Positions 58,549-64,000 of a DNA stretch of 64,000 bases are shown piece by piece. This DNA is from Candidatus Omnitrophota bacterium (lineage in GTDB: Bacteria; Omnitrophota; Gorgyraeia; Zapsychrales; Zapsychraceae). The notes under the pieces are model-generated. The model was not told the DNA's origin and did no database searches. It was given only the letters and a program-made list of their open reading frames with translations. The translations under genes and the position numbers were made by a program. The DNA lies in NCBI GenBank assembly GCA_015233115.1, contig JADFYJ010000002.1:111216-175215 (forward strand), written 5' to 3'. Within the stretch, counting starts at the first letter, position 1; each line of letters opens with the position of its first letter.

Positions 58549-58640
58549 TGCGGCGTTGAAACCAGTCCCCGAGCGAGTTTCCTTGGCGCTTCGCCAAGGT
58601 TGTTTGAGCGAAGGACTGGTTTCATAAGCAGCACGGGTTA
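58549..58640. terminator. long GC-rich compound hairpin downstream of recN (terminator/REP-like)
   Basis: GAAACCAGTCC...GGACTGGTTTC outer stem enclosing CCTTGGCG-CTT-CGCCAAGG inner hairpin. Confidence 0.4.
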
Positions 58641-58722
58641 TAATAGTAATTCTTATAGAAGTTAAGTTTTATTTGATTTTTAAAAATGGTTATGTTAATT
58701 TAACCAACTGTTTATAAAGACA

Positions 58723-58892
58723 GTATGTAGTACGTGGTATGTCGTATGTAGCAAATTTAAAAAAGTAATAAACAAAAAATGAATTTTGAAATAAAAAAAG
58801 TTTATTTAGTTTTGTTTTAATTTTCAACGCTTTTTGCTTTCTTAAATTTGTTATTTACTTTACTACATACTACATACCACATACTACATACT
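58723..58892. repeat. family A MITE-like element copy 5 (upstream of pfk)
   Basis: Arms 58723-58751 and 58861-58892; core contains CGCTTTTTGCTTTC as in other copies; pfk RBS GAGAGGAG follows immediately. Confidence 0.75.
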
Positions 58893-58914
58893 TTTTTTTA
58901 CGAGAGGAGTAAAC

Positions 58915-60126
58915 ATGAAAAAGATCGGTGTTATTACCAGCGGCGGCGACTGCGGCGGTTTAAACGCGGTTATCAAAGGCGCGGCACAAATGGCTAAAGC
59001 CATGGGCGGCTCCTGCTATGTTATCCCTAACGGATACGCGGGACTCTATAATTTAGTAGAATTTGATTCTTTAGTTGAGCTGACCCTCGACCGCGTGGAT
59101 TTGGTTAATGCCAATGCCGCAGGTTCAGAAGCCGGACATTCCCGGGTCAAAGTCAAAAAAATTGATGATCCAGCCAAATATGACCGCATTAAACAAGGCA
59201 TGAAAAAATTTGATTTGGAAGGTTTAGTCATCAGCGGCGGAGACGATTCAGGAAGCGTTATGGTTGACCTTTCAGAAAATGGAATTAAATGCATCCACGC
59301 GCCTAAAACAATGGATCTGGATCTCCAGACTTATTCCGTTGGATTTGATTCAACCGTCAACCGCATTGCTTCATTCGCGGAAGATTTAAAAACCACCGGA
59401 CGCACTCATAACCGAATTATGGTCATGGAAGTATTCGGCCGCTATGCCGGTCATACCGCATTCCGCGCAGGTATTGCTTCGGATTCAGACGCGATCCTTA
59501 TCCCGGAAGTCCCGGTAGATTTTGACGCACTTTATGAGCACGCGAAAAAAACTTTCATAAACCGCGTTTTGACCAGTGATGTTCATGCCGGCACTTATAT
59601 GATTCTTGTCGCCGAAGGCCTTAAAAATGCCAATGGACAAGAATTATATGATGAAAGTTCAGGCATTGACGCGTTTGGGCACAAAAAATTAGCTGGCTCT
59701 GCCAAATACGTTCAACAACAAATTGAACAAAGAACGAAAAAAGATCCGGAAATCAAAGACTTCATGAAAAAAGCCAAGATGTTTGTTAAAGGCATTTATG
59801 AAGAACCTGAAGTCCGCACCGTTACTCCCGGCCACTTGGTTCGCTGTGGGAAATCTTCTGTTTACGACGTGAATTTCGGTAAAGAAGCCGGCGCTTCCGC
59901 CGTTGTGCTTTTAAACAAAGGTTTAACCGGATTTACCATTGTTGGTTTGCAAAATGGCAAAATCCAATATGTTCCTGCTAAAAAAGCGATTGAACAACGC
60001 TTTGTGGATCAAAAGTTAATATCCTTCTACGAACAATTAGGCATCAGTTTCGGCCGCAAACCTGTCAAATGCGAATTTACTGCAGAAGAAAAAGTCGGGC
60101 CGATTGCGAGATATTTGGAACTCTAA
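58915..60126 (+). CDS. 6-phosphofructokinase, probably pyrophosphate-dependent type
   Basis: 403 aa; GVITSGGDCGGLNAVI; GGDDSG (Asp at the position that is Gly in ATP-PFK GGDGS), a known PPi-PFK signature. Confidence 0.8.
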   Translation: MKKIGVITSGGDCGGLNAVIKGAAQMAKAMGGSCYVIPNGYAGLYNLVEFDSLVELTLDRVDLVNANAAGSEAGHSRVKVKKIDDPAKYDRIKQGMKKFDLEGLVISGGDDSGSVMVDLSENGIKCIHAPKTMDLDLQTYSVGFDSTVNRIASFAEDLKTTGRTHNRIMVMEVFGRYAGHTAFRAGIASDSDAILIPEVPVDFDALYEHAKKTFINRVLTSDVHAGTYMILVAEGLKNANGQELYDESSGIDAFGHKKLAGSAKYVQQQIEQRTKKDPEIKDFMKKAKMFVKGIYEEPEVRTVTPGHLVRCGKSSVYDVNFGKEAGASAVVLLNKGLTGFTIVGLQNGKIQYVPAKKAIEQRFVDQKLISFYEQLGISFGRKPVKCEFTAEEKVGPIARYLEL

Positions 60127-60130
60127 AAAC

Positions 60131-60146
60131 AGCATGTAGCATGTAA
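60131..60146. repeat. solo arm of family A (CAGCATGTAGCATGTA)
   Basis: Half-site only, just after pfk stop. Confidence 0.4.
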
Positions 60147-60173
60147 AATAAATTACTTTTTTATTATTTATGG

Positions 60174-60195
60174 ATCCCCGATTTACACCTCGGGG
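60174..60195. terminator. GC hairpin TCCCCGA-loop-TCGGGGA downstream of pfk
   Basis: 7-bp stem, 8-nt loop in AT-rich context. Confidence 0.4.
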
Positions 60196-60232
60196 ATGAC
60201 ACCTAACAATATTTCGAAAAGTAAAAATCAAA

Positions 60233-61633
60233 ATGTTTTCATTTAACAAAAAAGTCGCTATCACTTTAATGCTGGGACTGCTTGCAGTCTCAGCATTTTT
60301 TATTCGGTGGGATAATTTTAAAAAAAGTCCCAATCGCAGTATCGACGAAATTGTATTCTTCCGGATGGCTGGGCAAGTCAGTCATAATTGGCAGGATTAT
60401 AATACCATCCCCTACGGCAAGGAACTTCAAGCATCAGGACGGGAACTGCCTGAATATTTTTTCCGGCCGCTTTACAAACATCCTCCCTTATTCACTTTTT
60501 TACTAGCCGGCATGATGAAACTTTTCGGAAACTCGCTAAATATCGCAGCCATTGTCCCTCTTTTACTGGGTGCTTTGCTGATTCCGCTCGTCTATTTGTT
60601 GGCTAATGCGATTTTCAATGACCGGCGTACTGCCTGTTTAGCGGCACTTTTCATGTGGTTTGATCCTGTATCGACAATTTGTTCCCAAAAAATCTGGATG
60701 GATGTACCGCTTTGCTTTTTTTCCCTGTTAGCCATTTATTTTTTCGTAAAAGCCCTTCAATCATCTAGTGTGGAAAAATGGCTTTTATTATCCGGCCTGA
60801 CGATCGGTTTAGCCATGAATATAAAATATACAGCGGTCTTAATTTTAGCCGCGCAATGGTTATATATCCTAATTTATCGTCCAGACTTGCGGTGCAGTAT
60901 AAAATTTTGGTTGTTAAATTTGCTCCCATTCATACTCCTTATCCCCTGGATGATCTGGAATTTAAAAATATATGGCCGCATCTCCACGCCCTTTTCCGAA
61001 GACGATTTTATGCATTTGTTTAAAACTTACGCTTTTAAATTATCCAGCTTGATTGTGATCATCAGCCTGATCATGGTCGGGATCCACAAACTAAAATCCA
61101 AATTCCCTTTTGTCCCTTCTCCAGCGTTTACCTCAAAATTAAACTGGATTGTTTACACCATACTCGCTGCGCTCTTGTCCTCAGCGTTCGTCAACACTTT
61201 TAATCTGTACCATATCCCTAAAAACACCTGGGCTGGCGGTCTTTTAGCGATGGAACCTTCCACCTTTTACTTCTCCCAGCTGATTGAATTTTCACCTCTT
61301 TATATTTTAAGTTTTATTTTGTTGTTTAAATTTGAAGCAACGCCTAAAACGCCCCTGATCAGCATCCTCAAACTCACACTCGCGCTTAGCTTTATTTTTT
61401 TCATCGTATGGGGAAATTTTCAATCACGTTATATTCTGAGCGCAGTGCCAGGCTTGATCATTTTATCGTCAGAACAATTCATCCGCTGGTGTGACGCAGT
61501 CAAGTCACAAAATAATTTACTCTTACGAAGTTTTATGCGGGCAAGTCTTTTACTGCTGATTTGTTTTATTATTCTCAAAACATCTTGGATTAATATTCAC
61601 TTGAGTTTTCCGAATAATATGTGTTATTTTTGA
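60233..61633 (+). CDS. glycosyltransferase family 39 (ArnT/PMT-like polyprenyl-phosphate-sugar dependent transferase)
   Basis: 466 aa, ~12 TM; first periplasmic loop with DE motif (RSIDEIVFFR). Confidence 0.7.
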   Translation: MFSFNKKVAITLMLGLLAVSAFFIRWDNFKKSPNRSIDEIVFFRMAGQVSHNWQDYNTIPYGKELQASGRELPEYFFRPLYKHPPLFTFLLAGMMKLFGNSLNIAAIVPLLLGALLIPLVYLLANAIFNDRRTACLAALFMWFDPVSTICSQKIWMDVPLCFFSLLAIYFFVKALQSSSVEKWLLLSGLTIGLAMNIKYTAVLILAAQWLYILIYRPDLRCSIKFWLLNLLPFILLIPWMIWNLKIYGRISTPFSEDDFMHLFKTYAFKLSSLIVIISLIMVGIHKLKSKFPFVPSPAFTSKLNWIVYTILAALLSSAFVNTFNLYHIPKNTWAGGLLAMEPSTFYFSQLIEFSPLYILSFILLFKFEATPKTPLISILKLTLALSFIFFIVWGNFQSRYILSAVPGLIILSSEQFIRWCDAVKSQNNLLLRSFMRASLLLLICFIILKTSWINIHLSFPNNMCYF

Positions 61634-62733
61634 GCCTTTGGTCTGGAAGCTTCAGCAAATTGTTCAACATACCGGTCAGAAATTGAACCCCAACTATAAT
61701 TTTTCATAACAAAATTTTTTGCGGATATTCCCATGGCTAGGCGGCGGTCTGGATCTCGAAGCAATTTGACAACCGTATCAGCAAAAAGCTGATGATCGCG
61801 ATGATCAATAACTATTCCATTCTCTCCATTCTTCACCGCTTGTACGACGCCATCAACCTGAGTCGCCACCACCGCAGCACCGGCCGCGCAAGCTTCCAAA
61901 GCCACAATCCCAAAACCTTCCATGTCATCTCTGACCGGAACATTGGGCATAACAAAAATATCCGCGTTTTGGTAAATCGAAGATAAAAACGGACTTTCCA
62001 TAGGAATCTGGCCCAGCAAAAAAACATGGTGGTGCAACCGGTCATCCTGTTGAATAATATGAGCGATGTTATTTTTCAACGGGCCTTCACCTACAATTAA
62101 ATAAATAACATCATTGGTTTGTTGCAAAATTTTAGGAAAAATTTCTTTCACAAACACATCAATACCTTTTTTGGAAACTAAACGTCCGACCGACAAAAGT
62201 ATGAACTGGTTTCCAACTGGCTCACCCATCCGCGCCTCAATTTCCCGCAACGATTTTTCTAAAATCTGATTATTAAAATCAGCAAGATCAACTCCATTCG
62301 GAATAACAGAAATAATTTTTTCCGAAATGTTTCGCTTAAGGCATTCTTGTTTAAGGACTTCGCTCACACAAATAATTTTATCCATTCTTTTTAAAGCCCA
62401 ACAGATCACCCGCTGATAAACTCTTAATTCAAAAGCAATATCCCGGCCATGAATCGTTACCACAACCGACTTTCCCGTTATTTTTTTCAAAACATATCCT
62501 AAGGGACAAAGCAAGCCATCCGCCACATAAATACATTCGACAGATCGGTTCAAACATAAAAATATCGCTTTAAAAAACGCATACACAAGAAAAAAAGGTA
62601 AAATTAATTGACTTCCACCCCAAGCAATCAACTCTAAATTAAGTTTGCCGCGCAAATGCTCGGATAATTTTCCATTGAAACGCTGCATCCCCCCGACAGA
62701 AGGCGGAAATTTTCGAGTTATATATAAAATCAT
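61624..62733 (-). CDS. glycosyltransferase family 4 (GT-B, group 1)
   Basis: 369 aa; C-terminal EGFGIVALEACAAGAAVVAT E-x7-E-like motif. Confidence 0.75.
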   Translation of the reverse strand: MILYITRKFPPSVGGMQRFNGKLSEHLRGKLNLELIAWGGSQLILPFFLVYAFFKAIFLCLNRSVECIYVADGLLCPLGYVLKKITGKSVVVTIHGRDIAFELRVYQRVICWALKRMDKIICVSEVLKQECLKRNISEKIISVIPNGVDLADFNNQILEKSLREIEARMGEPVGNQFILLSVGRLVSKKGIDVFVKEIFPKILQQTNDVIYLIVGEGPLKNNIAHIIQQDDRLHHHVFLLGQIPMESPFLSSIYQNADIFVMPNVPVRDDMEGFGIVALEACAAGAAVVATQVDGVVQAVKNGENGIVIDHRDHQLFADTVVKLLRDPDRRLAMGISAKNFVMKNYSWGSISDRYVEQFAEASRPKAQK

Positions 62734-63683
62734 AAACGTTGTTCCCTGCTTTTCCGATAAAATCCGGAAACCCTATCCACCATTTTAATAATTCCAATCA
62801 CGATCGCACTTAACCCTAAATTAAGAATACGAAATATGGCCGAAATTAAAACTCCTATTCCCCAGGAAAGACTTAACAATTTGGTAATTGTACCACACAA
62901 AATTTCAGCCAAGCCGACATTGCCCGGAACAATGTTGAGTGTGCGGCTTAATAAAAAAACCAATGTGAATATCCCTATTCCCATCCAAGACACCTGAATC
63001 GAAAACGCTGTAAAACATATGGCGATCTGAACAATCGACAATACTAATAAACAAAAATTAATAGCCACTATCTTCCAAAAACGCGGTTGATCCTGAAATT
63101 GGGCTTTGAGGCTGTCCCTAATCCGAAAAGAATAATTAATAATAGGTGATGATTTTTTATTTTCTGACTGGCGTATCCTAAAAAAAATAATGGGAATAAA
63201 CAAAAAAATGCCAACCACCGCCATCAAATAAACAATCACATGATCAGTCATCATAGGCTTAAAACAAAAAAAGATCAGCGGCAGCATGGTTAAAATGATC
63301 ATAACAGCGTCAAGCCAGGTAAAAAAAATCATAAAACCAATAAAAGAACTGACGGGAAAACCAAATTTGCTTTTTAAAATTGAGCTCCTATAAATCGTCC
63401 CTCCTTGAGAAATAAAAAATCCCACAAACTTTCCCGTGTAAAATATTTTGAACCATGCACTAAAGCGGATTAGCCGGGAATGGTCTCGAATAATCAAATA
63501 ACTTTTGAAGGCCGATAAAACATCAAAAATAAAAATAATCCCCAGCAAAGCCAATAAATGATAGCTGTGCCAGTGACTTATCAGGAACAATTCGTCTTGA
63601 TGCCTTTTAAAATAAACAATAATTAAAACAATGCTAAGAACAAAAAATGCCGCGCTCAGCACAGATTTAATTTTTTGCGTCAT
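62730..63683 (-). CDS. flippase-like integral membrane protein (UPF0104 / lysyl-PG synthase TM-region-like)
   Basis: 317 aa, 8 predicted TM helices, operon with GT2 and GT4. Confidence 0.5.
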   Translation of the reverse strand: MTQKIKSVLSAAFFVLSIVLIIVYFKRHQDELFLISHWHSYHLLALLGIIFIFDVLSAFKSYLIIRDHSRLIRFSAWFKIFYTGKFVGFFISQGGTIYRSSILKSKFGFPVSSFIGFMIFFTWLDAVMIILTMLPLIFFCFKPMMTDHVIVYLMAVVGIFLFIPIIFFRIRQSENKKSSPIINYSFRIRDSLKAQFQDQPRFWKIVAINFCLLVLSIVQIAICFTAFSIQVSWMGIGIFTLVFLLSRTLNIVPGNVGLAEILCGTITKLLSLSWGIGVLISAIFRILNLGLSAIVIGIIKMVDRVSGFYRKSREQRL

Positions 63684-64000
63684 GCCCCGTCCTTGTCTGG
63701 TTTAAACCCGCAAATTCCATTTTTTTAATTCGCAATAAACAATCTTCAATCAAGGCCCGATTTGAAGCAATCAACTCCGCGACAATTCCTATAATAAATA
63801 ATTGCACGCCAATGAGAATCAAAACCGCGGCTAAAATCAAAGATTGTATTTTTCCTCCCCCCATTCCCATTAAATACCAAAATAAAAACCGGCATCCGAT
63901 CAAAAAACCAAAAAAACCCATCCAAAATCCGGACCAGCAAAATAGCCGAAACGGATTAAACATCGCGTACATCCGGATCAGCGTCTGTACCGAACGTTTA
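63667..64000 (-). CDS. GT2-family polyprenyl-phosphate glycosyltransferase (ArnC/GtrB-like), C-terminal part; gene continues beyond window end
   Basis: C-terminal double TM (ILAAVLILIGVQLFIIGIVAELI) typical of DPM1/ArnC-like GT2; no stop upstream to position 64000. Confidence 0.5.
   Translation of the reverse strand, partial: KRSVQTLIRMYAMFNPFRLFCWSGFWMGFFGFLIGCRFLFWYLMGMGGGKIQSLILAAVLILIGVQLFIIGIVAELIASNRALIEDCLLRIKKMEFAGLNQTRTGHDAKN

Noticed and set aside
150-60150. Possibility that the repeated GTATGTAGT / GGTTTTT motifs are CRISPR arrays
   Set aside because: Copies occur as inverted (not direct) pairs with a single conserved AT-rich core between them, scattered in different intergenic gaps. 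There is no repeat-spacer-repeat periodicity and no cas genes.

Overview
This window reads as a low-GC, Gram-negative-type chromosome in which most genes lie on the minus strand.

The left third is a housekeeping block. It holds an arginine operon (argC-argJ-argB-argD-argF-argG-argH, with argH partial) downstream of rplM-rpsI. It also holds a large signal-anchored protein related to PEP-utilizing enzymes, truA-asd, an isocitrate/isopropylmalate dehydrogenase-family gene, fabF-acpP-fabG, fxsA, folB-folE, a 1306-aa Cache-PAS-GGDEF-EAL sensor, ispG/ispH, murB, a split nifU with nifS, and metXW.

The right two thirds contain three accessory-looking loci.

- **Candidate c-di-GMP-II-like riboswitch (33577-33706).** It sits ahead of a small secreted peptide and faces a five-gene secreted-protein operon (34088-40764). 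That operon encodes a 987-aa outer-membrane protein with a secretin-N-like domain and CnaB repeats, a two-Ig-domain chaperone-like protein, two paralogous roughly 200-aa subunits and a 459-aa beta-rich protein. It looks like a divergent fimbrial or adhesin assembly system.
- **Small mobile-looking island (42260-43940).** It carries a GIY-YIG gene flanked by inverted hairpin repeats, a truncated rhuM and a ribbon-helix-helix pair. Next to it are a tandem-duplicated Cys/His-rich TIGR04076-like protein and a membrane-anchored SGNH AlgX/AlgJ-like protein.
- **MarR-MCP-MtrB/PioB-like module with System II biogenesis (46015-54717).** It combines a MarR regulator, a chemoreceptor, a roughly 700-aa outer-membrane beta-barrel, a 7-8-heme periplasmic cytochrome, a membrane-anchored monoheme cytochrome and ccsA/ccsB. 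This is a porin-cytochrome extracellular-electron-transfer-like conduit.

The right end carries a K+/H+ antiporter, a prepilin-type gene, recN, a likely PPi-dependent phosphofructokinase, and a GT39/GT4/flippase-like/GT2 glycosylation cluster.

Intergenic space is saturated with at least five families of inverted-repeat, MITE- or REP-like elements. Several genes take their stop codon, or their last few codons, from a repeat arm. No tRNA, rRNA, CRISPR array or transposase gene was seen.
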